Position numbers and translations under genes: made by a program. Source: Candidatus Nomurabacteria bacterium RIFCSPHIGHO2_01_FULL_37_25 (GTDB lineage Bacteria; Patescibacteriota; Minisyncoccia; Phycocordibacterales; UBA9973). From it: 64,000 bases of DNA. Shown here one piece after another: positions 37,309 to 48,492 of the stretch (positions are counted from its first letter, which is position 1; every line of letters begins with the position of its first letter). The notes under the pieces were generated by a model that saw only the letters and a list, made by a program, of their open reading frames with translations, was not told the origin of the DNA and did no database searches. The DNA is taken from contig MFTH01000015.1 of the NCBI GenBank assembly GCA_001786765.1, positions 1,548 through 65,547 of the forward strand. Reading direction: 5' to 3'.

Positions 37309-39885
37309 TTATTTATCCAAAAACTTCTCAATAATTTTTTCATCTCTTTTTAGCCAAGCGATATTGCCTTCTAGTCGCTCTAGGACTTGCTCTATAGCGC
37401 GTTTAGCGCCCGGAGCATCATGAGTGGTAAAGAATTTTTTGAAAGACCTCAAGTGTTTTACTTCTGCAGTTCCCCCTATCGCTTTGACTAATCGCGACAA
37501 TGTATGTCCACCGTCGCCATAGCGTAAGACAAGTGTCTTCCAGTTTTTTCGAATAAAATCAAACCAAATATCACGACCCACCACATTTCCTCCTACAGAG
37601 AAAATGATGCTGATGCTGTCTTGAGCGCGGACGTGTTTTGATAATGAAAATTCACAAGCGAGTTTTAATAACTTAGGATCTTGGAAATCTCCCAAGGCGT
37701 TGCCAATTCTATTTTTCTCCTCATGCAAAGTTTCTCGCTTGTATTTTTTTATAAAAGTTTGATATTCTTTTCTGCCGCCATTTGTGGCTACAACTGCATA
37801 TATGCTTGCGCGAATATCAGGATTAATATAGCCTCCAGATTGCATTTTTGCAAATTTTTTTCTCGCTTCAGAAATTATTTTTTTATCACCAGAACGTCCA
37901 GCGCGAGAAATCGCAAGTGAACGAAGTAAAGTATCAGTATGAGTTTCATTTTTCTTTTTTTCCCAACCGAGCTTCGTAGCGAGAGGGGAGAATAATTTGA
38001 GTATTAGCCCACCCAATTTAATTTTCATTTTCGTTTTAGCGAGAAGGGCTTCGAGTCTTCCGAGACCCATCGCAAGCTCAAGCCAAACACTATAATTATC
38101 TTCATTTTCATAGCTAGATAAAAATTCCAATGCATAACTCGTAGAAATAGCGCCTGCTTCTGCTAGAGCGAAAAGGTCTCTGATGATACCAAGTCTATCG
38201 CGAGGAGATAAGAGTTTGTTTTTTACAGGTATTTTTAGTTTTTCTAAAAGTTCTCTGGAATACGCTGTTCGATAAAAACCAGCCTCACCAAAGTTTAGTT
38301 TCAGAAAATTCTTTCTTAGTGCAAATTTTCTCTCAACGCGAATATTTTTCTGCTGAAAAATTGCTATACTCGGCTCGACAGCCTGCGCAATGTTTCGCGA
38401 AAATTGCACTTGCGACGAATTTTTGATAGGCACTTGCCATAAAGTTTTATCTTTTATTTTAGATTTAGAAATAGGGCTTGCAAAAAATCTTTCTTGAGAC
38501 AAATTTATTTTTTTATTTACAATATCTGCTCTTATCACCGGATAGCCAGATTTTGAAGTCCAGTTATGCATTATTTTTGTAACGGGCTTTTTGGAAACTT
38601 TTTCAAATGCTTGCCAAAGATGGAGAGTTTCTGTATTTTTATAACTATGCTTTTTTAAATAATACCGCAGTCCGTCTCTAAAATCTTTTTCTCCTAAATA
38701 ATCAGCAAGCATGCGAATGATTGACGCTCCTTTGGCATACGATACTTCATCAAATATTTCACCAATTTCATCAGGATGATATACTTCGATTTCAATAGGA
38801 TGAGTATTAAGAAGAGCGTCTAGCCGTAATGCCGCGCCTAATTCGTTAGTAGAAAATTGAGTCCAAATGTCCCATTTGGGAAAAAGTTTATCAACAGCTA
38901 AATATTCTATATAGGAAGCAAAACCTTCATTTAACCATAAATGCGTCCACCACTGCATCGTCACTAAATTGCCAAACCATTGATGCGCTATCTCGTGCGC
39001 AATAACAAGCGCGACCCATTGTTTATTTGATAGAGATGAATGATCTTCGTCAACCAAAAGCGCGCTTTCTCGGTAGGTGATTGCGCCCCAATTTTCCATC
39101 GCCCCAGATGTAAAGTCTGGTATAGCTATCATGTCTAGTGCAGGTAGGGGGTAAGCAATGTTAAAATATTCATTATAAAATTCTAAGGTTTTCACTGCGC
39201 ACTCTAATGCAAATTTAGCTTGATGTTTTTTTCCAAAAGTAGTAAAAACACGCACCTTTATATTATTTTTTGTTTTAGATTCAAGATATTCAAAATCACC
39301 TACAATAAACGCTACTAAATATGTAGACATCTTTGGCGTGGGAGAAAATCTCACAATTTGGTATCCTCCTTCATGCTCCGATACTGAAACTGGTAAAGTG
39401 TTTGAAATAGCGCTTTTGCCTTTTTGGATAATAAGTGAAATATGGAAAATGGCTTTTTGCGCTGGTTCATCAAAACAAGGGAAAGCCCTTCTTGCATCTG
39501 TGGGCTCAAACTGCGTTGTTGCTATATGATGTTCTTTATCTAAAATAAAATATTTACTTTTGTAAAACCCTCGCATTTTATCATTGAGTATTCCTCTAAA
39601 TACGATAGTGAGTTTTGTTTTGCCAATAGGAATAAATTTAGAAAAAATAAAAGTTGCTGTTTCGTTTTTTTTATTATAAGACACTTCAGCGAACAGCTCA
39701 CCTATGCGAACTGTTGCTATTTCAAGCTCTTTTGAATGAAGAGTTAATGTTTTAGTTTTTTTAAAAACAGAAAATGTTATAGTTTCCACGCCTTCAAAAG
39801 TAAAATTATCCAAATCTGGCTTTAGCTCTATATTGTATTCTATCGGAATAATGTTTTTTGAAAGTCGGACTCCTTTTAATTTCAT
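37309..39885 (-). CDS. pepN: aminopeptidase N (M1 family zinc metallopeptidase)
   Basis: GAMENWG exopeptidase motif and HEIAHQWFGN...(18)...E zinc-binding motif. Confidence 0.9.
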   Translation of the reverse strand: MKLKGVRLSKNIIPIEYNIELKPDLDNFTFEGVETITFSVFKKTKTLTLHSKELEIATVRIGELFAEVSYNKKNETATFIFSKFIPIGKTKLTIVFRGILNDKMRGFYKSKYFILDKEHHIATTQFEPTDARRAFPCFDEPAQKAIFHISLIIQKGKSAISNTLPVSVSEHEGGYQIVRFSPTPKMSTYLVAFIVGDFEYLESKTKNNIKVRVFTTFGKKHQAKFALECAVKTLEFYNEYFNIAYPLPALDMIAIPDFTSGAMENWGAITYRESALLVDEDHSSLSNKQWVALVIAHEIAHQWFGNLVTMQWWTHLWLNEGFASYIEYLAVDKLFPKWDIWTQFSTNELGAALRLDALLNTHPIEIEVYHPDEIGEIFDEVSYAKGASIIRMLADYLGEKDFRDGLRYYLKKHSYKNTETLHLWQAFEKVSKKPVTKIMHNWTSKSGYPVIRADIVNKKINLSQERFFASPISKSKIKDKTLWQVPIKNSSQVQFSRNIAQAVEPSIAIFQQKNIRVERKFALRKNFLKLNFGEAGFYRTAYSRELLEKLKIPVKNKLLSPRDRLGIIRDLFALAEAGAISTSYALEFLSSYENEDNYSVWLELAMGLGRLEALLAKTKMKIKLGGLILKLFSPLATKLGWEKKKNETHTDTLLRSLAISRAGRSGDKKIISEARKKFAKMQSGGYINPDIRASIYAVVATNGGRKEYQTFIKKYKRETLHEEKNRIGNALGDFQDPKLLKLACEFSLSKHVRAQDSISIIFSVGGNVVGRDIWFDFIRKNWKTLVLRYGDGGHTLSRLVKAIGGTAEVKHLRSFKKFFTTHDAPGAKRAIEQVLERLEGNIAWLKRDEKIIEKFLDK

Positions 39886-39931
39886 ATGTTTCAGTATATC
39901 TTTTTTTACAAAAAATGCTACTATTATAAGG

Positions 39932-40672
39932 ATGGAAAAAGAAATTTATCAAATAAAGACAACTGGCTTTGAAGGTCCATTCGGTCTACTTTTAGAGTTA
40001 ATAGAGAAGCGAAAGCTTTTTATCAACGATGTATCACTTGCGAGTGTTACAGAAGATTACTTGAATTATATGCAAAAATTGGGCGGACTTAATAGCGCAG
40101 AAATCTCCTCTTTTGTTCTAGTGGCGTCAACATTGATTCTAATCAAATCAAAATCTCTTTTGCCAAATTTAAATCTAACAACAGAAGAAGAAGGAGATAT
40201 CAAAAATCTAGAAGAAAGATTGCGTTTGTATGAGCTATTTATAAAATTAAGCAGAAACATAAAAAATAATTTTGCTAAAAAAATAATTTTCGCGCCGCTT
40301 GAAAGAAAAAATGATGTTTTGGTATTTTTGCCAGATGACCAAATTACCAAAGAAAGTATGATGATTTTTGCTCGTAATGTCTTAGGAACAATACCTAAAA
40401 AAGTATTCTTGCCGAAAGTAGAAGTGCGAAAAGTCATCAGTATTGAAGAGATGATTGAAAAATTAACGCAAAGAATAAAAAATTCGCTAAAAATGAATTT
40501 CAAAGACCTAAATGGGGAAATAGCCACCCGTGAAGAAAAAATAGTTATGATTGTGGGATTTCTTGCTATGCTAGAGCTTGTTCGGCAAGGAATTATTCAT
40601 GCAGCGCAAGATAGCGGTTTTTCCGACATTATTCTAGAGAAAACGGAAACTAAAGAAAATAATAATTTATGA
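39932..40672 (+). CDS. scpA: segregation and condensation protein A
   Basis: FEGPFGLLLELIEKRKLFINDVSL (ScpA N-terminus); start moved from the track's 39833 to the Met at 39932, because the longer ORF overlaps pepN. Confidence 0.8.
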   Translation: MEKEIYQIKTTGFEGPFGLLLELIEKRKLFINDVSLASVTEDYLNYMQKLGGLNSAEISSFVLVASTLILIKSKSLLPNLNLTTEEEGDIKNLEERLRLYELFIKLSRNIKNNFAKKIIFAPLERKNDVLVFLPDDQITKESMMIFARNVLGTIPKKVFLPKVEVRKVISIEEMIEKLTQRIKNSLKMNFKDLNGEIATREEKIVMIVGFLAMLELVRQGIIHAAQDSGFSDIILEKTETKENNNL

Positions 40673-41259
40673 TCACCTTAGAATCAAAAATTGAAGCAAT
40701 ACTTTTTTGGAAAGGGGAGCCAATTTCACGAAAGAAACTCGTAGAGATTTTAAAAGTTACTCCAAATGAAATAAACGAGGCAATAGAGAAATTAAAAATA
40801 AACTTGCAAAGTAGGGGAATAGTCTTATTAGAAAAACCCGCCCACAATGCTTCGCATAGCGATGCAGGCGGGGAAAACGAAATCACGCTCGGCACGGCGC
40901 CTGAGCTCTCTAAACTTATTGAGGATTTACAGAAAGAAGAATTAAATAAAGAACTTTCTAAAGCCAGCCTAGAAACACTCTCAATAATTCTTTATAAAAA
41001 TGGAGCAAATAGAGCTGAAATTGACTATATCAGAGGAGTCAACTCTAGTTTTACTTTGCGCGCTTTATCTATCAGGGGTCTCGTAGAGAAAAATCTAGAT
41101 TCTAAAGATAGTAGAAGGTATATTTATAAACCGAGTTTTGAATTAATGTCTTATATGGGCATAAAATCTATGGAAGAATTACCTGACTATGGTGAAGTTA
41201 ACAGCTCAATAAATACTGCAGTAAAAAATTTAGAAGAGGAGGATAATGGGAAGGAATAA
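40669..41259 (+). CDS. scpB: segregation and condensation protein B, carrying a GC-rich insert
   Basis: Tandem winged-helix pattern; ATGA overlap with scpA. Confidence 0.75.
   Translation: MITLESKIEAILFWKGEPISRKKLVEILKVTPNEINEAIEKLKINLQSRGIVLLEKPAHNASHSDAGGENEITLGTAPELSKLIEDLQKEELNKELSKASLETLSIILYKNGANRAEIDYIRGVNSSFTLRALSIRGLVEKNLDSKDSRRYIYKPSFELMSYMGIKSMEELPDYGEVNSSINTAVKNLEEEDNGKE
40835..40909 (+). repeat. Family C GC-rich palindromic insert, in frame in scpB (aaacccgcccacaatgcttcgcatagcgatgcaggcgggg + gc-rich tail)
   Basis: 37/40 identical to the rpsI copy; followed by a second GC-rich stretch cgctcggcacggcgcctgagctc. Confidence 0.8.
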
Positions 41260-41404
41260 TAATAAGAAGAATAATACGGAAGAAAAAATAGAATAAAAAA
41301 AATGTTTAACCAAATACTTACAACTCTGCTATCGCAGAAATATAAGTAAAAATGAAATAAGTTATGAATAATAATAAACAAGATAATTATCAGCAAGAAG
41401 TGTA

Positions 41405-42215
<811 letters not shown>

Positions 42216-42217
<2 letters not shown>

Positions 42218-42335
42218 CCCGTTAGAGACAGGTCGCAGTCTTCGCTTTCTGTGAATTATTTTTAATATAGTTGATTGTCATAGTAATATTGATTTATTTA
42301 TTATATCCCATTGCGACCGCGGTCTCTAACGGGAT
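42216..42335 (+). repeat. Family A palindromic element, copy A3
   Basis: atcccgttagagac...gtctctaacgggat (a/g covariation keeps pairing); the left end overlaps the start codon of 41405-42217. Confidence 0.8.
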
Positions 42336-42356
42336 TCACTTAAAAACAATAACACA

Positions 42357-43454
42357 TTGCTGTATTTTAATCAAAAAAATGTTATATTTACTCATATGTA
42401 TTTCAATTTGATTAAAATATTTTTGCCAACGACAGTGGCTTTTTTCTTAGGTCTTTCCTTCACGCCGATAGCCACCCATTTTTTTTACAAATACAAAATG
42501 TGGAAAAAATATTCCAGAAGCGCAATAACAACCACTTCTTCCGACTTTTCAAAAATCCATAATGAAAAAGCTGAATTAAAAACTCCTCGGATAGGCGGAA
42601 TAATAATCTGGATTTCTGTTCTTGCAACTGTTATTATTTTTTATTTTATATCAATTTTATTCCCATCAACGGGAAGTTCGGAAATAAATTTTCTAAGTAG
42701 AAACCAGACTTTTATACCACTCTTTACCCTTATCGCAGGGTCTTTGATTGGATTATTGGACGATCTAATTCAAATCTACGGAACAGGAAAATTTGCTCGC
42801 GATGATAAATCTTGGCGTAAATGGAAAGCTTTTTTAGTAGGGTTTCTTTCTCTTCTTATTGGTATTTGGTTTTTTTATAAATTAGGAATGACTTCTATTC
42901 ATATTCCATTTATGGGAGAAATGTATTTGGGTATTTTAATTATTCCATTTTTTATAATAGTCGCCTTGGCGACTTTTTCTGGGGGAGTGATAGATGGAAT
43001 AGACGGACTCTCTGGAGGAGTTTTAGCTTCAATTTTCGCGGCTTACTCCACGATAGCGTATGCCAACAGTCAAATAGACCTTGCCGCATTTTCTGCTGTT
43101 ATAACTGGAGCAATACTGGCATTTCTTTGGTTTAATATTCCACCAGCCAGATTCTATATGGGTGAAACAGGTATTATGGGACTTACGATAACTTTAGCGA
43201 CACTAGCCTTTTTAACTAACACAGTTTTGATTCTTCCGATTGTTGCATTACCCCTTGTTGTTACATCTCTTTCTGTTATTTTACAACTAGCTTCAAAAAA
43301 ATTGCGAGGGGGTAAAAAAATATTCAAACTAACGCCGATTCATCACCATTTTGAAGCGATTGGATGGTCATCGTATAAAGTAACCATGCGTTTCTGGATT
43401 CTTTCAGTCGTATTTGCCATAATTGGTATAATTTTAGCAATTATCAGCAGGTAA
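42357..43454 (+). CDS. mraY: phospho-N-acetylmuramoyl-pentapeptide transferase
   Basis: Polytopic; IHHHFE motif and the D-rich cytoplasmic loops. Confidence 0.9.
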   Translation: MLYFNQKNVIFTHMYFNLIKIFLPTTVAFFLGLSFTPIATHFFYKYKMWKKYSRSAITTTSSDFSKIHNEKAELKTPRIGGIIIWISVLATVIIFYFISILFPSTGSSEINFLSRNQTFIPLFTLIAGSLIGLLDDLIQIYGTGKFARDDKSWRKWKAFLVGFLSLLIGIWFFYKLGMTSIHIPFMGEMYLGILIIPFFIIVALATFSGGVIDGIDGLSGGVLASIFAAYSTIAYANSQIDLAAFSAVITGAILAFLWFNIPPARFYMGETGIMGLTITLATLAFLTNTVLILPIVALPLVVTSLSVILQLASKKLRGGKKIFKLTPIHHHFEAIGWSSYKVTMRFWILSVVFAIIGIILAIISR

Positions 43455-43478
43455 ATATATGCTAAAAAATAAATAATA

Positions 43479-44585
43479 ATGAAAGAGAAAAAGATAGATA
43501 GATTTTTTTTAATAATCCTCGGCCTCTTGCTCGTTATTGGAATTTCTATGTTTGTTTCCGCGTCATTGGGAGTCTTAATAAGAAATGAAAAACTTTTTTA
43601 TTCAGTGCTTTTTAGCCAGTTAGTTCTCGGTCTTGGTTTGGGGCTTCTTGGCATGTATTTTTGTTTAAAAATAAATTATAAATTTTGGCGCAGATATTCT
43701 TTTCTGATTTTTTTAGGTTCGATATTATTAACAGCATCCGTCTTTATTCCTTATTTAGGATGGACTCATGGGGGAGCGCAGAGATGGATAAAATTGGGGA
43801 ATTTTTCTTTTCAGCCCGTTGAGATTTTAAAATTTGGATTTATAATTTATTTTGCGGCTTGGTTATCTTGGGTTAAAAATAAAGTGCAAGATTTTAGGTT
43901 TGGAATTTTACCATTTGGTATAATGCTTGCGATTATCGCTACAATTTTACTCAAACAACCTGATATTAAAAGTTTCATTTTAATTACAGTAACTGGAACC
44001 TCAATGCTTTTTATTTCTGGAGTCCCTGTAAAATATATTTTAGGAGTGGGAATGGGGGCTTTACTTGTTTTAGGATCTCTTGTATTTTTTACACCGTATC
44101 TTCAAGAACGAGTAAAAACTTTTATTAATCCGGAAGCTGACCCCCGAGGGTCCTCTTATCAAATTCAACAATCCCTTATTGCCTTAGGGTCAGGCGGAAT
44201 AATTGGAAGAGGTTTTGGTCAAAGTATTCAAAAATTCGGTTATCTTCCAGAACCACAAGGAGATTCTATTTTCGCTGTTATAGGTGAGGAATTTGGTTTT
44301 ATTGGAACAAGTGTTACAATATTTCTTTTTTTGCTTTTTGCTTTGCGAGGATTTCGTATTGCCAATAATTCTCCAAATCTTTTTAGTAGACTTTTGGTCT
44401 CTGGAATTGTTATACTGATAACAGCGCAGTCATTTATGCACATTGCCTCCATTACTGGAGTATTTCCATTGACGGGGGTACCGCTTCCTTTTATGAGTCA
44501 TGGAGGCACTTCGCTTATGATATATCTTATAGCAACAGGTATTATTCTTAATGTATCAAAATTTCAAAAGCATGAATCCCGTTAG
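43479..44585 (+). CDS. ftsW: SEDS-family peptidoglycan polymerase (FtsW/RodA)
   Basis: 10 TM; conserved ...PEPQGDSIFAVIGEEFGF...; the stop codon TAG lies inside element A4. Confidence 0.8.
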   Translation: MKEKKIDRFFLIILGLLLVIGISMFVSASLGVLIRNEKLFYSVLFSQLVLGLGLGLLGMYFCLKINYKFWRRYSFLIFLGSILLTASVFIPYLGWTHGGAQRWIKLGNFSFQPVEILKFGFIIYFAAWLSWVKNKVQDFRFGILPFGIMLAIIATILLKQPDIKSFILITVTGTSMLFISGVPVKYILGVGMGALLVLGSLVFFTPYLQERVKTFINPEADPRGSSYQIQQSLIALGSGGIIGRGFGQSIQKFGYLPEPQGDSIFAVIGEEFGFIGTSVTIFLFLLFALRGFRIANNSPNLFSRLLVSGIVILITAQSFMHIASITGVFPLTGVPLPFMSHGGTSLMIYLIATGIILNVSKFQKHESR

Positions 44586-44696
44586 AAGTCGTGATCAGGA
44601 TTGAAATATAAACAAAATATGAAATCAAATATTGAAAAAATTAATAACATAAAATATCAGATACGCGAGTTGATCGCGACCTGCTTCTAACGGGAT
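44576..44696 (+). repeat. Family A palindromic element, copy A4
   Basis: atcccgttagaagtcgtgatcagg...gatcgcgacctgcttctaacgggat; the left end supplies the ftsW stop, the right end overlaps the murG ATG. Confidence 0.8.
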
Positions 44697-45837
44697 GAAA
44701 ATAGTTTTTACAGGTGGCGGAACAGGCGGACATTTTTATCCCATTATTGCCATCGCTCAAAAAGTAAATCAAATAATAGATCGTGAACATATACTAGAAG
44801 GAAAGCTCTTTTATATTTCTGATAGCCCTTATGATAGGGAAATGCTTTTTGAAAATGGACTTTTGTATGAAGAAATTAATACTGGTAAGATGCGCACTCA
44901 TTTTTCCTTTAAAAGTTTTTTCCTGAATTTTTTTGATATTTTTAAAGTTTTTTTTGGTGTTATAAACGCATTTTACAAAGTTTTTTCTATTTATCCAGAT
45001 GTTGTTTTTGGTAAAGGCGGATATGCTTCATTCCCAACAATTTTTGCCGCTATAGTTTTACGTATTCCGGTTGTGATTCATGAATCAGATTCTGCGCCCG
45101 GACGGGTAAATAAGTGGGCTGGGTATTTTGCTAAAAAAATAGCTGTTTCTTTTATAGAAACAGCTGATTATTTTCCCAAAAAAAATGTAGCTTGGACGGG
45201 TCAACCCATAAGAATTGAAATAGAACATCCCGCAAATCAAAAGGAAGCGCTTGATTATTTCAAACTGGAGAAAGATGTGCCGGTCATACTTATTTTAGGA
45301 GGCTCTCAAGGCGCAGAACTTATTAATAATACTATCTTAGACGCATTGCCAAAACTTGTTAAAGATTATCAAATTATCCACCAAACTGGTGTTAAAAATT
45401 TTAAAATGGTCACAAATATGGCAAAAATTGCATTAACCGACAATCAACATGAATTGAGATATCTATCTATGGCTTTTTTAAATCCTTTAGCTATGAAAAT
45501 GGCTGCGGGTGTGGCAACTATAGTTATTTCTAGAGCTGGCTCAATGTTATTTGAAATAGCGTCTTGGGGTGTGCCATCTATTTTAATACCTATAACAAAT
45601 ACAAATATGGATCATCAAAAAAAGAATGCTTTTAATTATGCTCGAGCGGGAGCTTGTAGTGTTATTGAAGAGATGAATATGACTGCTAATATTTTAACTT
45701 CAGAAATTAAAAGAATAACAGAGAATAAAGTAATATATGAAACTATGGCTCAAAATGCTAAATCTTTTGCTAAAGGAGATGCTGCGATGAAAATTGCGCG
45801 CGTGTTAGTGAACATAGCTTTAAGTCACGAGAAATAA
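44695..45837 (+). CDS. murG: UDP-GlcNAc:lipid I GlcNAc transferase MurG
   Basis: FTGGGTGGH N-terminus, GT-B C-terminal domain. Confidence 0.85.
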   Translation: MKIVFTGGGTGGHFYPIIAIAQKVNQIIDREHILEGKLFYISDSPYDREMLFENGLLYEEINTGKMRTHFSFKSFFLNFFDIFKVFFGVINAFYKVFSIYPDVVFGKGGYASFPTIFAAIVLRIPVVIHESDSAPGRVNKWAGYFAKKIAVSFIETADYFPKKNVAWTGQPIRIEIEHPANQKEALDYFKLEKDVPVILILGGSQGAELINNTILDALPKLVKDYQIIHQTGVKNFKMVTNMAKIALTDNQHELRYLSMAFLNPLAMKMAAGVATIVISRAGSMLFEIASWGVPSILIPITNTNMDHQKKNAFNYARAGACSVIEEMNMTANILTSEIKRITENKVIYETMAQNAKSFAKGDAAMKIARVLVNIALSHEK

Positions 45838-45853
45838 ATGCTAAAATGGTTTT

Positions 45854-47311
45854 ATGTCTAATAAAGTTATTACACGATATGCGCCTAGTCCTACAGGACT
45901 ACCTCATTTAGGCACCACAATGTATGCTTTGCTTAACTATATTTATGCTCGCCAAAATAATGGTGAAGTGATTATGCGTTCTGAAGATACTGATCCTATT
46001 CGTTCAAAACCTGAATTTGAAGAAGCTATAAAAGAAGGACTCGCTTGGGTGGGAATCAAATTTGATAAGTTTGTTCGTCAATCTGAACGTAAAGATATTT
46101 ATAAAAAATACATTGCAAAAATGGTTGAAGAAAAAACAGCCTATATATCTAGAGAAAAAAATGAAGAAGGAATAGAAAGAGACCTTGTAAGATTTAAAAA
46201 TCCAAATAAAATTATAACTTTCCATGATATGGCTCGAGGTGATATATCAGTAGATACCACAGACCTTGAGGATTTTATAATTGCTCGCGATATAAATTCT
46301 CCTCTTTACCATCTGACAGTTGTGGTGGATGATTTTGAGATGGGAATAACTCACATTATTCGCGGTGAAGACGGTTTAGCAAACACACCTCGTCAGATTT
46401 TGATTCAAGAAGCTATCGGCGCGCCCAGACCAATATATGCTCATTATCCTTTTGTTCTTATGTCTAATAAAAAAAAGATGGGCAAGAGAAATGGCGCTGT
46501 GAGTCTGCAAGATTACAGAGCGCAAGGGTATTTACCTGAAGCTATAATAAATTTCACTATGTTGCTTGCTTGGCATCCTAAAGATGATAGAGAACTTTTC
46601 TTGCTGGAAGACTTAATAAAAGAATTTCAACTGGAGAGAATTGGCAAAAGTGGAGCTATCTTAGGTGATGATAAATTAAATTGGTTTAATAAAGAATATA
46701 TAAAAAAATTAAGTGAATCTGAATTTCTTAAAAAAGCAAAGTCGTACATTAATCCAGATACAAAAATTATAAAAAAATTAAGTGAATCTGAATTTGATAA
46801 ACTGATTCTTCAATTTAGAGAGAGAATTAATAAATTTAATGATTTAAATAATCTTATTTTAGGCAGTGCCAACACTACTGATAGTTCTTTTTTTTCAACA
46901 ACAACTGAACACTTAAAAACTACCCCAGATAGCTCAATTATCCAAGAAAAAACCATAATCGTTTCCGGGCCAAATGATTATTTACTCAAAGATAAAGACC
47001 CAATCATTAATGATATAAAAATATTAATTCCAAAAGACGTGAGAAAAGAAGATGTTGTAATATATTTAAAGAATATTAAAGATTTAATAGAAAAAAATGA
47101 TTGGGGGAAAATTATAGAAAAAAATGATGAAAATAATTTATGGATGTATGCTAGTAAAGAGGGAAGGGGAAAAGTGCTTTGGCCACTTAGAGTCGCTTTA
47201 TCTGGTGAACTAAAATCTTCTGATCCTTTTGAAATTATGAAACTAATAGATAAAGATTCTTCTTTGCGAAGAATAGAAAAAGGAATAGAAAAACTAATTC
47301 ATTTACATTAA
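45854..47311 (+). CDS. gltX: glutamyl-tRNA synthetase
   Basis: RYAPSPTGLPHLG (HIGH), KMGKRNG (KMSKS-like); contains an internal 60-nt tandem duplication (IKKLSESEF x2). Confidence 0.85.
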   Translation: MSNKVITRYAPSPTGLPHLGTTMYALLNYIYARQNNGEVIMRSEDTDPIRSKPEFEEAIKEGLAWVGIKFDKFVRQSERKDIYKKYIAKMVEEKTAYISREKNEEGIERDLVRFKNPNKIITFHDMARGDISVDTTDLEDFIIARDINSPLYHLTVVVDDFEMGITHIIRGEDGLANTPRQILIQEAIGAPRPIYAHYPFVLMSNKKKMGKRNGAVSLQDYRAQGYLPEAIINFTMLLAWHPKDDRELFLLEDLIKEFQLERIGKSGAILGDDKLNWFNKEYIKKLSESEFLKKAKSYINPDTKIIKKLSESEFDKLILQFRERINKFNDLNNLILGSANTTDSSFFSTTTEHLKTTPDSSIIQEKTIIVSGPNDYLLKDKDPIINDIKILIPKDVRKEDVVIYLKNIKDLIEKNDWGKIIEKNDENNLWMYASKEGRGKVLWPLRVALSGELKSSDPFEIMKLIDKDSSLRRIEKGIEKLIHLH

Positions 47312-47338
47312 AACTTTAATTTGTTATAGTTATAAATC

Positions 47339-47710
47339 ATGTTAAAAGTTAATTTTTTACATATTTGTGAAAATGCAATAGTAGAACAGGGGAGTGGCAA
47401 TCTTTCTATTATTGGTATTTTTGAGAATATCAATGCGCAAAGTTTTCCGGCAATGCACCCCACCATGAGTGTCGTTGTTGGGTTTGAAAATAATAATCCT
47501 GGTATTTATGATACTGAACTTATATTTTTAGATGAAAAAGAGGAAATATTAAAAATCCAAGCGAAAATTACTATTGGTTCTAATCTAAAAGGTAACTGGA
47601 TATATAAGATAGTCGGCTATCAAATTCCGCGTGAAATGACTCAAAAAATAAAATTAAATTACGAAGGGAAAACTATTTGCTCCGGATACCTAACGATAAA
47701 TAACAAATAA
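47339..47710 (+). CDS. hypothetical protein
   Basis: 123 aa, no recognisable motif. Confidence 0.35.
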   Translation: MLKVNFLHICENAIVEQGSGNLSIIGIFENINAQSFPAMHPTMSVVVGFENNNPGIYDTELIFLDEKEEILKIQAKITIGSNLKGNWIYKIVGYQIPREMTQKIKLNYEGKTICSGYLTINNK

Positions 47711-47753
47711 ATCTATTACAGTATTTCAAGTAACTTTGTTATAATAATTAGTA

Positions 47754-48470
47754 ATGAAAACAAATTTACCTAACAAGGGTAAGAATTTAATAATAGAAGT
47801 TGCTGGTCAAAAATACGCTAGAATACCAATCAAGACGAACCTTGTAAATTTTGGCGATGATCTAATGTCAATTATAGAAAAATATATCTCACTAGAATTT
47901 GGAGAATTCCAAAATAAAGATTATTTAGTTATTTCAGAAAAAATAATTTCTGTCTGCCAAAATAATTTTCGTCACATTAGCACTGTGAAAGTCGGCTGGT
48001 TAGCTAAGCTCATTGTGAAAGGAGTAAAAAAGTATCCAAATGATATAGGTTTTTCTCGAGCAGAAAAAATGCAAGTGGCAATAGACATTTCAGGTAGACC
48101 CAGAATGATTTTAGCGATGATTTTAGGAATACTTGGAAAAATTGTTGGAATAAGGGGAATTTTTTGGATTGTGGCAGGGAAGCGAGTATCAGAAATTGAC
48201 GGCTTTAATCCGGACGCAATGGATATGTATAAAGAGCATGCTATTTTACCACCGGAAAATCCTGTGAAAACTTGCCAAGAAATTGAAAACAAATTTGATT
48301 TTCCGACAGTAATTATAGATGGAAATAATATAAATACAAAAATTCTTGGTAAAAGCAAAAAAGTCTTATTAAATGAAAAAGAGCTCAGGCTTATATTACT
48401 CGACAACCCAATGGGTCAAAATGACGAAATGACGCCCTTTATTGTCATCCGAAAAATGCAAAAAGAATAG
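47754..48470 (+). CDS. CofE-like (F420-0:gamma-glutamyl ligase family) protein
   Basis: ARIPIKTNLVNFGDDL...GDYLVISEKIIS pattern typical of the family; moderate. Confidence 0.45.
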   Translation: MKTNLPNKGKNLIIEVAGQKYARIPIKTNLVNFGDDLMSIIEKYISLEFGEFQNKDYLVISEKIISVCQNNFRHISTVKVGWLAKLIVKGVKKYPNDIGFSRAEKMQVAIDISGRPRMILAMILGILGKIVGIRGIFWIVAGKRVSEIDGFNPDAMDMYKEHAILPPENPVKTCQEIENKFDFPTVIIDGNNINTKILGKSKKVLLNEKELRLILLDNPMGQNDEMTPFIVIRKMQKE

Positions 48471-48492
48471 ATTATGATATAATTTAAGTATT

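Noticed and set aside
39833-39931. First 33 codons of the track ORF 39833-40672 (scpA) that overlap the 5' end of pepN on the opposite strand
   Set aside because: The ScpA-conserved sequence starts at the Met at 39932, and the longer form is a hydrophobic junk extension. The start was moved.
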